From the IMG/VR virus record IMGVR_UViG_3300012361_000002: DNA of 64,000 nucleotides. The stretch is one strand, 5' to 3'. Below are positions 26,499 to 34,948 of this stretch, in pieces (position 1 is the first letter of the stretch; each line of letters begins with the position of its first letter). The stretch comes from an uncultured virus (IMG/VR IMGVR_UViG_3300012361_000002). Lineage: Duplodnaviria > Heunggongvirae > Uroviricota > Caudoviricetes. Both the position numbers and the translations under genes were made by a program. The notes beneath the pieces were generated by a model. That model saw only the letters and a program-made list of their open reading frames with translations. It was not told where the DNA came from and ran no database searches.

Positions 26499-29486
26499 TC
26501 AAGCGTCGACTGTTTCCCGCCTCGCCTTCCCGCCGATGGAGAACTCCGGCAACTCGCCAGCCTTGATGCGCTTCCATACTCCTGGATCATCCACGCGAAA
26601 ACCGATCCACCATCCTGTGAGTCCAAGATCGACGCCTAGCGCCTCCTGCTTCTGCTTCGTGAACATCATGGACTCGACCAGCCGGCCAACGCCCATTCGC
26701 TCGTGCATGTCGCCCTGCTGGCGGCAGTAGAGGGCGAAGTCGTAGGCGGCCTTCTCCAGCTCGTCCTCCGGGATGATGTCGTCCTGCTTGTCCACAACAT
26801 CCTCGCCACCGATCGAGCAAATCGACGCCCAGCCGAACACGAGCTGCTGGTCCTCGTCGGTCTTCCGGACGTCGAACTCGATCTCCATGTCGGGTGCCTT
26901 GTTCACGGGTTCGCCCTTGCTGCCTTGATTTTCATCGGTGTGGACGCGCGGATCGTAATCCTCGATATCGAGGTACTTGACCGTGACCGTCTTGACGCCG
27001 CTGAGCTTCGCGGCCGTCAACCTGTGGTGTCCGTCGACGATGCAGTAGCGCCCCGGGCCAATGCGCACCACAACAGGGCGCTTCTCCGTGGCGCCCTCGA
27101 TCATCGACTGTATTTTCCCCGGGTCGACCCGGTCCTGGACGGCTGACAGCATGGATAACGGGATCTCCCGCTCCTCCAGCGAATCCTGGTCCGTCAGCGC
27201 CGCCAGCACCCGCTCCTTCTGATCGTTGCGCAGATCGGAGAAGAAATACTGGTCGTACGGGAACGGCGACCTCGCGTTCTGGTCGTCCAACGGGATGAGC
27301 TGGAGCGATACGTTGACCTGGTCCGTTGGCTTGGCGATGGACGACGTGCTACCCCCCAGTTTGGCCAGTTCCGCATCGAGGAACTCGTGGACGCCGTCCG
27401 ACTCCAGCCATGTCTTGCGCATCCAACCGTCCTTGGTCTTGCTCCATCCGTTCTTGACGGCGGTCCATGCCTGCCGGATAGCAGATTTTTCGGACTGCCC
27501 CGCCTTGATGCGGTCGTTCGCCACCTTCCTCCAGACGGTCTGCGCCTCCTGCGGCAGGACGTTCCTGACGCCGTCCGGGAGTTCGGCGTTGCTGCCCCAC
27601 ACCTTGCCGACTTTCGCCTCTCCATGGTCTTCCTTGGCGCTCCTGAGGGCATTCTGGAGTTCGTCGGTGCTGAATTCCATTTCCACGAAGTCGCCGGGGT
27701 CCTCGCCAGCCTTCATGAACTTTTTGGCGTCGACCGTCCCGTCCGGACGCATCGCCGCGAACAGGCGCTCGTTGCGATGATGGGAAACAACCAGCATCTT
27801 CTTCTTGCCCGCCTTCTTGATGTGGCTCAGCATCGCCTGCGCGGCGCGCGCCTTGAACGTGTTGAACGACTCGCCGCCGTCCACCATCTCGTCCGGGTTC
27901 TCGACGTGCTCCAAAATACCGTCATGGGCCTCGTCCGTCGTCTGCCCGGTGAACTTGCCGAGGTTCCACGGCCGCATTCCGTAGTCATGGATGGGTTTGA
28001 TCCCAACCGCCTTGCCGACGAGCTTGGACGTCTGGATGGCGCGGCCAAGATCAGAGCTGACGATGTAGCCGATGTCCTGCTTCGCCAGTTTCTCGCCGGC
28101 CTTCTCGGCGTCCTCGATGCCCTCCGCCGTCAGCGGGACGTTGTTCCAGGATCGCACCCGGTCCTTGCTCATATCGGTCTGGTTGTTGAACCGGGTCGGG
28201 CCGTGGCGCATGAACAGCACTGAAACAGTGCGCTTGCTGAGTTCGTCCCAATCCACCTTGGCTAGAACTGCATTTCCAAGCGCGGTCACAAAGTCAATGG
28301 TCGCCGCACTGGCAAGCGCATCGGCCTTGATCTTCTCCAGCGCCTTGCCGAAATCCATGGCTGGGACCGCCATGACGCGCGCACCCTTGATCTCCCCGAT
28401 GGTGGTCAGGAAGTCCTTCGCCTTGCGCTTGTTGGGAGGCTGGTTGCCTAGCGCGGTGGTCGCGTGGACATCGCCGACGGTCATGTTCTTGCCCACCCTA
28501 TGGATGCCTGACGCAGACAAGTGCTGCTCGATCCTCGCCATCGCGTCCCCCGTGGCTTGGTGCAGATCGCTGAGATGTTGGTGAAGCTCGACAGCCGCCT
28601 CTGCCGCCGTCTTCTGGGCAGCCACCGCAGCACTCTCAAGCTCAGGATCCTGCTCTCCGTGGTTGTCTTGATGCTCCTGGGCCACTTCCTCAGCGTAGCT
28701 AGCCTCGGTCATGGCTTGATCGAGCGTCTGGTGGGCATCATCCACCTTGCTGGCGTGGCCAGCTATGTCGTTACCTTCGACAGCACCGTGGATATTGGCT
28801 GCTGTGCCAGATGATATCCCGCCACCCTCCGACGTCCACATCCCCTTCGCGTCCCGCGGCTCGTCCGGACTGTACGCCTTGTGCGCGGATTGCAAGCTCT
28901 GGAGATCGTCCCGCGCCTGCTGGAGCATCCGGTGGACGCCCCAGTAGAGATCCTCGCTCTTGTCCTGGCTGTGCTCACTAAGTTGACGCTGGAGGTCGTC
29001 CACCTTTTGCTGGGCATCCTTCATCTGCTTTTCGTCGCGGGCCTGCTGGCGCTCCTCCCGGCGAAGCTCAGCATCGAGATAGGTGCTCACTGATTGGCCG
29101 CGCCGACCAGCAATCCTGCCACCGGTCCTGCCGCTTTGCCTCGTCGTACCCTGGCCAGCGCCAGACCCGGTCGTCCACTTGCCCTGGTTGTCGCGGGCCT
29201 CGTCCGGAGGGCCGTCCTTCAGCACCTCGGCGAAGGACTTAGCCTTTCCGATAGCCGCGCGCGCCCTGGCGTTGGGATCGAGGGGTTCATAGTCATCGCA
29301 GTAGCCGTGGGAAGCTATCGGAGGCGCGACGTGGGTGCACGCCGGCGGGTTGCCATCAACGAACATCGAGCAGCCGGAGCACCGCTTGTCGCCGTTGGGA
29401 TGGTCCTGGTAGCCGACCTTGGCGTGGGACTTAAGCTTGCGGACTACCTGAAGTTCTATCGCCTTCGTGAAGTTGATCGCCATCAT
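26499..29486 (-). CDS. Multidomain prohead protease polyprotein (HiPIP-like, His-phosphatase, ChaB, ParB-like, XkdF-like protease)
   Basis: YQDHPNGDKRCSGCSMF..C..V...IASHGYC; FMRHGPT; ELPDGVRNVLPQEAQ..WTAVK; IVDGHHRL; LVFGWAS..DKQDDII...MHE...WKRIKAGELPEFSIGG. Confidence 0.85.
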   Translation of the reverse strand: MMAINFTKAIELQVVRKLKSHAKVGYQDHPNGDKRCSGCSMFVDGNPPACTHVAPPIASHGYCDDYEPLDPNARARAAIGKAKSFAEVLKDGPPDEARDNQGKWTTGSGAGQGTTRQSGRTGGRIAGRRGQSVSTYLDAELRREERQQARDEKQMKDAQQKVDDLQRQLSEHSQDKSEDLYWGVHRMLQQARDDLQSLQSAHKAYSPDEPRDAKGMWTSEGGGISSGTAANIHGAVEGNDIAGHASKVDDAHQTLDQAMTEASYAEEVAQEHQDNHGEQDPELESAAVAAQKTAAEAAVELHQHLSDLHQATGDAMARIEQHLSASGIHRVGKNMTVGDVHATTALGNQPPNKRKAKDFLTTIGEIKGARVMAVPAMDFGKALEKIKADALASAATIDFVTALGNAVLAKVDWDELSKRTVSVLFMRHGPTRFNNQTDMSKDRVRSWNNVPLTAEGIEDAEKAGEKLAKQDIGYIVSSDLGRAIQTSKLVGKAVGIKPIHDYGMRPWNLGKFTGQTTDEAHDGILEHVENPDEMVDGGESFNTFKARAAQAMLSHIKKAGKKKMLVVSHHRNERLFAAMRPDGTVDAKKFMKAGEDPGDFVEMEFSTDELQNALRSAKEDHGEAKVGKVWGSNAELPDGVRNVLPQEAQTVWRKVANDRIKAGQSEKSAIRQAWTAVKNGWSKTKDGWMRKTWLESDGVHEFLDAELAKLGGSTSSIAKPTDQVNVSLQLIPLDDQNARSPFPYDQYFFSDLRNDQKERVLAALTDQDSLEEREIPLSMLSAVQDRVDPGKIQSMIEGATEKRPVVVRIGPGRYCIVDGHHRLTAAKLSGVKTVTVKYLDIEDYDPRVHTDENQGSKGEPVNKAPDMEIEFDVRKTDEDQQLVFGWASICSIGGEDVVDKQDDIIPEDELEKAAYDFALYCRQQGDMHERMGVGRLVESMMFTKQKQEALGVDLGLTGWWIGFRVDDPGVWKRIKAGELPEFSIGGKARRETVDA

Positions 29487-29754
29487 GCACCCGATCGCAG
29501 ACCCACCACCCGTGGGGGTCCTTGCCGATGCGACGATACACCAAAACCTCCCCGTCCAGCGAGAAGGTGATCGTCTTCTGGATACTGTTTACGTTCATCC
29601 AGCCGAAACCGATGCTCAGGTTATGGATGTCGATGATGATGCGGTCTGGACGTTCGGAGCTGGAGAAATGATGGACGCCGTCGTCGTCTCGGCTGACGAT
29701 GATAGTCCCTGGCGATTTGTATAGGGTACTTTCCATCAATCTGATGAGGGTCAC
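29431..29754 (-). CDS. Hypothetical protein
   Basis: 107-aa ORF in operon orientation. Confidence 0.45.
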   Translation of the reverse strand: MTLIRLMESTLYKSPGTIIVSRDDDGVHHFSSSERPDRIIIDIHNLSIGFGWMNVNSIQKTITFSLDGEVLVYRRIGKDPHGWWVCDRVHDGDQLHEGDRTSGSPQA

Positions 29755-29781
29755 TTGCGATGCTCCGGCGGCAGAACAAAT

Positions 29782-29935
29782 TGGCGGAAGCCGCCGGGTT
29801 TTACCTGACCTGTGGCGTTTACCCGGTCTCTGCTACGTCCTCACCGAATCCATCCCAGAGCGAAGGCGCGTCATCGGATCACAGGACGGTCAGGCTGGTT
29901 GCCCATACAGGATTTCGCAGGTTCGGCGTCGAGGC
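29782..29935 (-). ncRNA. Candidate structured RNA ending in CCA
   Basis: Minus strand CCTGACC..CCTGTG pairs with CACAGGTCAGG; ends ...CCCGGCGGCTTCCGCCA; intergenic. Confidence 0.3.
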
Positions 29936-29943
29936 TCAACCCC

Positions 29944-30321
29944 TTAGCCGCTAGTCCCAAGAGCGCGACTTCCGCCACGAGCATTAGCACGCATGGCGCG
30001 TTTCGTCACTGGGCCCGTCCGCAGCGGCCTGAGGGTGAGTTGATCGACGGACATCTTCGCGTCCTTGCGGATCACCTTGTCCTCGATCCAGCGCGCGAAC
30101 TCGACATCACCTTCCGAACTGTTGTACGCCGGTGCCGGATAGAAATCGCCGTCCCGCTCGATCGGCCCTCGCCCGCGCTGGAACTGGTTGAGGCAGAACG
30201 CGATGTCCAGGATGCGGTGCGCGTTGCCAATCGCCGCCTTAGCCAAGGGTCCGAGACGGTCGTAAAGTCTCATCTCGGCGTTGCTATACTGGACTACGTT
30301 CGAGCTGTCTGAAGGCAACAT
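29944..30321 (-). CDS. Hypothetical protein
   Basis: 125 aa; GC3-biased codons. Confidence 0.55.
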   Translation of the reverse strand: MLPSDSSNVVQYSNAEMRLYDRLGPLAKAAIGNAHRILDIAFCLNQFQRGRGPIERDGDFYPAPAYNSSEGDVEFARWIEDKVIRKDAKMSVDQLTLRPLRTGPVTKRAMRANARGGSRALGTSG

Positions 30322-30326
30322 GGCAG

Positions 30327-30409
30327 TGGACCTTGAAGGATTCGAACCAACGTTTCCGCCGGGCTCGATAGCTGGGCGACGGCGTCCTCAACCACTAGAC
30401 GAAAGGCCC
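30327..30409 (-). tRNA. tRNA-like element/pseudo-tRNA (Glu/Gln-type D arm, no assignable anticodon)
   Basis: GGGCCTT/AAGGTCC acceptor stem; GTCTAGTGGTTGAGGAC D arm; GGTTCGAATCC T loop; 17-nt anticodon loop. Confidence 0.65.
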
Positions 30410-30427
30410 CCGAGTGAGGGTTCCAAC

Positions 30428-30550
30428 CCCGAGGTGTCACCCACAACCGGCGTCTCCGTCCGCCCGGAGCAAGCCTACTCACCCATCAACGATACGCGAC
30501 CTATTCGCGGTCGTTTCTCTCCGGGCTTTCGCACGGGATTATACCTCAGG
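30428..30550 (-). ncRNA. Candidate multi-stem structured RNA upstream of the tRNA-like element
   Basis: Nested stems GAGGTATAATCC/GGGTGACACCTC, GCCCGGAG/CTCCGGGC and CGACC/GGTCG. Confidence 0.4.
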
Positions 30551-30852
30551 AGTGCGGGAGTCGCCGCCTAAGGGACCTGATTTTATCAAGTTCATCACGA
30601 ACATCTGGAGAGACCAAGGCCAGGATAATCTCAACTTCTCCATCGGAGATCGGTTCAGGCAATATCAAAACACCTGTGCCTTCTTCAGTCGGAAGGACGC
30701 CACCGTTCGCCATGTTAAGCCACTTGCGCCCCTGCTGTGCCGAATTTATCCTGGCGAGTGGGATGTAAACCACCAAACGCCAAACATAAACAATCCTGTC
30801 GCACCAATGACGCTCCAAAATCCTACAAGATGCTGGACGAAATCGTCACACA

Positions 30853-31191
30853 TCATGCCACCTGCGCATTGATCGTCCGCGACTCCCTCAAAGCAGCGAC
30901 GTGCCCACGTTGTGCATGGTCAACGTTCTGCCGCGCCTTGGCTGTTCTTTGCGTGGCGCGCGTCTCGTTAGCCTCGGCGTCGGACAGTTCCAGGTTGGCT
31001 AACGTCAGGTTGATGTGGGCGTCCTGGAGCGCGCTGCCCATGCCCTTGACTTGGACGCGCATGACGTTGATGCGCTTTTCCCGGACAACCTGGCGGGCCA
31101 ACATCTGTGCATGCTCGGCGCGGGTGAGCGCGGCCTCGGCGTCCTTCAGGTCTTGCGCCGGCGTCTGGGTGGCGGTGCTAGTTTCCGACAT
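30853..31191 (-). CDS. Coiled-coil hypothetical protein
   Basis: MSETSTATQTPAQDLKDAEAAL...; GAGGAAG SD. Confidence 0.6.
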   Translation of the reverse strand: MSETSTATQTPAQDLKDAEAALTRAEHAQMLARQVVREKRINVMRVQVKGMGSALQDAHINLTLANLELSDAEANETRATQRTAKARQNVDHAQRGHVAALRESRTINAQVA

Positions 31192-31513
31192 CGGTCTTCC
31201 TCTGAGTGGCCTGCCTAAGCAGCGCCAAGTCTGAACCAGCCATCTGAAGCTGCGACAGCGCTGCCTTTGCCAGAGTCTGACATTTGCCGAAAGCGCTGTC
31301 CACACTTCCGACCTCGACCCACGACAGGTAGGCGATGACAGTCAGCGCGTTGCGGTAGATGTCCAACTCCCGGTGGCAGCGGTCCATCTCGTCGTGCAGC
31401 TCGGTGTTCTCCTTGCCGACGGCGATCAGCGCCTTCGACGGGTTGTTGAGGATGATCGTGCCGTGGTGCTGCTGGAGCGCCTGCAGAACCGCGTCATCAG
31501 CTTCTTTGTTCAT
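31178..31513 (-). CDS. Hypothetical protein
   Basis: 111 aa; GGAG SD. Confidence 0.55.
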   Translation of the reverse strand: MNKEADDAVLQALQQHHGTIILNNPSKALIAVGKENTELHDEMDRCHRELDIYRNALTVIAYLSWVEVGSVDSAFGKCQTLAKAALSQLQMAGSDLALLRQATQRKTDVGN

Positions 31514-31924
31514 ACTTGGCTCTCCATCGCGGCGTTTTCATCACACTGGCGGATTCTACTTCGTTCGTCTGCCGCCTCACGTGAAAAGCGGCAGTTCCTC
31601 GCTGGATGACGTCATTCCCCAGCATGCCGACACCGTCCAGCGTCAGCATCGCATATCGCATGGCCATCTCGAAGTCAGATTCCTGCCACACGGACAGGAT
31701 CTTCGGTCGGCGCGTCCATGGCGACCACAGCGCGACACTGCAATGCCACAATGGTGCGCCGCCGAAGAACGCGGCTCATTCGAGGCCTATGTTCATCGTC
31801 AGAAGCAAGGTTACCAAATCGTCCTGGGCGCGCCACCCGAACTGCGGGCGCGCCGTCTCCTCAGCCTCAAAACAAGGATCACGCAACGCTCGTTTCTGAT
31901 GTGGGGTCATGCTGTTTCACCGCG

Positions 31925-32995
31925 TTAGAGGCCGCTTAGGAATTTCATCAAAGCGTTACGATCCCGATCATTCACCCGCACAAACTTGTCTGCAGCCGCT
32001 TGACCCTGACCTCCGTGGCTCGTGATCGCGGCGGAAAGACGCTCTGCACGCCCGTCGTGGAGGAACCTGGATCGGAACCTCAGCCCCATCAAAGGTTCGG
32101 TGCGGAACTCGTTGGTCGCCGCCACTCCCTTGCATAGATCAGCTAGGCCGGGTCCCATATCGTGCAACAGAAGGTCGGAATACAAGAACGCATGTTTCCC
32201 CTTCTCGGTCGGAAGGCTGGGGATGTGGCAGCTGGCGCACCCTATATCGTGAAAGACTTTGGACCCTTGTGCATCTGCCTGCGCGTCAGGTGGCGCGAGA
32301 TTGGCGATAAAAAACGTGGCCAGTAAAAGGTCAGTCTCGCTGATCTCGCTGGGGGAATCTATACCCTGTTCCGTCGCAAATGCTCCACGCACGAAACCAG
32401 CCAAATCCGGGTCAGTCGCCTTGCGTCCAAATTTTCCGATCTTACCGTTCGGTAACTTCGCGACGCGCCCGCCATTGTTGCGCCTAGCGTTGTCGATGAT
32501 GGTTTCCTCGGAAACCGCATCAATTGAACCGGATGAAAACAGGGCAGGTGTCGAGCGCAGGCCAATACGCACACCTGCGTTGCCGGGAATTGAGGGAACT
32601 GTTGCGCCCGGTACTGCTTGCTCCCTGAAAACAGGACCACCGAACGTGGTCAACTCGTTACAGGACGGTTGATCGTCGGCAGTGGCGTGACGCTCCACGT
32701 CAACGTCGTCTTCATTGAAACCGCCTGATCCGCCTACTACGGGCACCTCGTGACAAGTCGCACAACCTATGTTGTTGAACAGTGGCCCCAATCCTGTCTC
32801 GGGTGTGAAGACCCGGCTAAACACATTCTTTCCTTGATTGAATAATGCGATGCCGGCCCTTCCGAGACCGTCTACCGGGCCGCCAATCGTAGGCGCGGCT
32901 ACCGGCTTAGCTGGTGGCACCGGCTTTGGCCGTGGCAGTTCTGCCGCTGTTGCGCACCCTGACCACAGGGCTAGTAAGATGACTATGATTCTCAT
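31925..32995 (-). CDS. Exported di-heme c-type oxidoreductase (DHOR family)
   Basis: Signal peptide; two CxxCH motifs (CATCH, CASCH); GLGPLFN, YSDLLLHDMG, FRTEPLMG, FLHDGRA. Confidence 0.85.
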   Translation of the reverse strand: MRIIVILLALWSGCATAAELPRPKPVPPAKPVAAPTIGGPVDGLGRAGIALFNQGKNVFSRVFTPETGLGPLFNNIGCATCHEVPVVGGSGGFNEDDVDVERHATADDQPSCNELTTFGGPVFREQAVPGATVPSIPGNAGVRIGLRSTPALFSSGSIDAVSEETIIDNARRNNGGRVAKLPNGKIGKFGRKATDPDLAGFVRGAFATEQGIDSPSEISETDLLLATFFIANLAPPDAQADAQGSKVFHDIGCASCHIPSLPTEKGKHAFLYSDLLLHDMGPGLADLCKGVAATNEFRTEPLMGLRFRSRFLHDGRAERLSAAITSHGGQGQAAADKFVRVNDRDRNALMKFLSGL

Positions 32996-33060
32996 GTTTG
33001 CCTCCTACGGGACGTAAACGGTGAGGCATCTAGATTCTATTTGACCATGGATGACCGCTA

Positions 33061-34602
33061 TTATGCCGCTTCCCCGGCGTCAACATCATCCGTCGAGACC
33101 ATGTCCAGGTCCGTCACAATTTCAAGGCTGCAAAAGCAATGTGGATGCGGATCGGGCGGCGCATCCTGAGGTCCGTCGATCGAGTCGAACGCCTCGTCCA
33201 TGGCAACGCCGTCCGGATTCATGTCCGGGATCGACTGGCATATCTCGCACGCATCAGGATTGATGCGCCAGAACTGCCTCACGGCCTCAGACGGGAATAC
33301 TCCTCGATCGATCGCCTGCGAGTAAGAATCTTGGAGGCCTGCGTTCACCGCGCGAGTCACCTCACTTTGAACGATCGTCTCTGCCCGATAGTCCAGGTAG
33401 TTATCAACGTAGTCGCCAGTCATCTTGTCGATGTACGCCGCGGCCAAGTCAGTCTGGTCATCTATCGCCTGCTGGACCACGTCATCCTCAAGGACGTTGC
33501 GCAGTTGTCGGTCCAGCGCGCCGGGGTCGAGATTCTCCAACATAGATCGGTAGTTGCCAACGGCGGCAACCTGCCTGTCAGTGAGGCCGATCAGGTCGCG
33601 GATGCTGTCGACGATCTCCTCTGGTCCAAGTCCCCGCTGTGCCGCGTCCATGATGATGGCGTCGATAGAGTCGCGGACATCCTGCTCCAGCCCGACGATG
33701 AGGGCATCCTGGGCGGCTCGCAGCTCGTCCTGGACTTCTTGGGAATATAAATCAAAGGTATACTGATCGTTGGCGTCCTTTCGAACGATGCCGAGCAGCG
33801 GGCTCAGCGTGAACTTTAGCACCTTCTCGCTAAGATAGCCGTGCCGGCGCGCGTTCTCGATGGACTGCCTGTCCATCGCCACTGGGACAGTCTTCAGTCC
33901 CTGATCGCGCAGCCAGGCGAAACGGTGGCGACCGTTATCAAACCCGACGCGACCATCAGATTGCACGCCCGCCGACGACGCTTCCATGTGGTCGTGGTCG
34001 TGATTCCTGATCCATTCGCCGAACCTCTCGTAGCGACCAATTATGGTTCCCTTTCCGCTTCCCTGCGGACCGACGTAAAACTCGTGGTCACGACTCCAGG
34101 CCGCGTTGAAAGTATGTACGTCGATATTCACCAACCGATAGCCGACGGCCTGGTCGACACGTGAGAGGCTAACGGTGATGTCCTTGCCGCCGACAGATAT
34201 GCTGGCTGACGAACTACCGCCGCCAGATGCCCATCGACCGTGATCATCACGAGGTTGATCTGGACTATATTTTCGGAACCGCACCTTGCGCCCGGCGCTG
34301 GCGAACGCCGCGTTGATCTCCTGCGCCCCGTGCTGCGCCCCAGCCTCGCGCGCCTTGCCGATGTGCCCGAACACGCCCTTCAGCGATTCCCTGAAATGGT
34401 GCCAGTCGATGACGTCCTTCAGCCCAGTCCAATCGGCGTGGCGCGCATATTTGTCGACGACGTCGGAGGGGATGAGTTCCCGCAGTCCCCTCAGCGACAC
34501 TAGGAGGTCGCGCTTGACGCCGGGGATCGCCCGATCGGCGATGCGCCTAAGCGGATCGTTTCGATGCTGGTAGTGACGGGCCGCCCTGATCTGCTTTGCC
34601 AT
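33061..34602 (-). CDS. Head morphogenesis (MuF/SPP1 gp7-like) protein with inserted ParB-like domain
   Basis: RAETIVQSEVTRAVNAG...CEIC...PPDPHPHCFC; insert YSPDQPRDDHGRW...FDNGRHRFAWLRDQG. Confidence 0.85.
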   Translation of the reverse strand: MAKQIRAARHYQHRNDPLRRIADRAIPGVKRDLLVSLRGLRELIPSDVVDKYARHADWTGLKDVIDWHHFRESLKGVFGHIGKAREAGAQHGAQEINAAFASAGRKVRFRKYSPDQPRDDHGRWASGGGSSSASISVGGKDITVSLSRVDQAVGYRLVNIDVHTFNAAWSRDHEFYVGPQGSGKGTIIGRYERFGEWIRNHDHDHMEASSAGVQSDGRVGFDNGRHRFAWLRDQGLKTVPVAMDRQSIENARRHGYLSEKVLKFTLSPLLGIVRKDANDQYTFDLYSQEVQDELRAAQDALIVGLEQDVRDSIDAIIMDAAQRGLGPEEIVDSIRDLIGLTDRQVAAVGNYRSMLENLDPGALDRQLRNVLEDDVVQQAIDDQTDLAAAYIDKMTGDYVDNYLDYRAETIVQSEVTRAVNAGLQDSYSQAIDRGVFPSEAVRQFWRINPDACEICQSIPDMNPDGVAMDEAFDSIDGPQDAPPDPHPHCFCSLEIVTDLDMVSTDDVDAGEAA

Positions 34603-34948
34603 GTCCGCTGTTTACCACGAAACCAGGACGGCCGCCGCCGTGGTCCAACAGTTCGTCCGCGGTCACCATCTCGACGCTCCAGCCATGTTTCTCCATAGCA
34701 GTGATCGCCTTCTCGACCAACTCGACAGCGCGATCCACAACCTCGTCGACGCTTGGAATACGCACGATTATCCCGCCGTTCCCGTCAGTCTGTCCCGTAT
34801 GCCATGCGCTGTTCGTAGCCTTGATCGTTTCCAGGAAAAGCTGACCTTGCCATCCCGTACCGCTGCGCGAGATGAGGGTCGACGACTTCAGCCGCTCCCC
34901 CTCATCCAGGATGACGTACTCGACGGTGTTCGTCTTGATGGTTCTCAT
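34547..34948 (-). CDS. Hypothetical protein
   Basis: MRTIKTNTVEY...; ATGA-coupled to the radical SAM gene. Confidence 0.55.
   Translation of the reverse strand: MRTIKTNTVEYVILDEGERLKSSTLISRSGTGWQGQLFLETIKATNSAWHTGQTDGNGGIIVRIPSVDEVVDRAVELVEKAITAMEKHGWSVEMVTADELLDHGGGRPGFVVNSGHGKADQGGPSLPASKRSA

Noticed and set aside
30327..30409. Amber suppressor tRNA (CTA in the loop) or stop-codon recoding
   Set aside because: CTA is not in a canonical 7-nt loop with U33, and TAG is used as a normal stop in many genes here.
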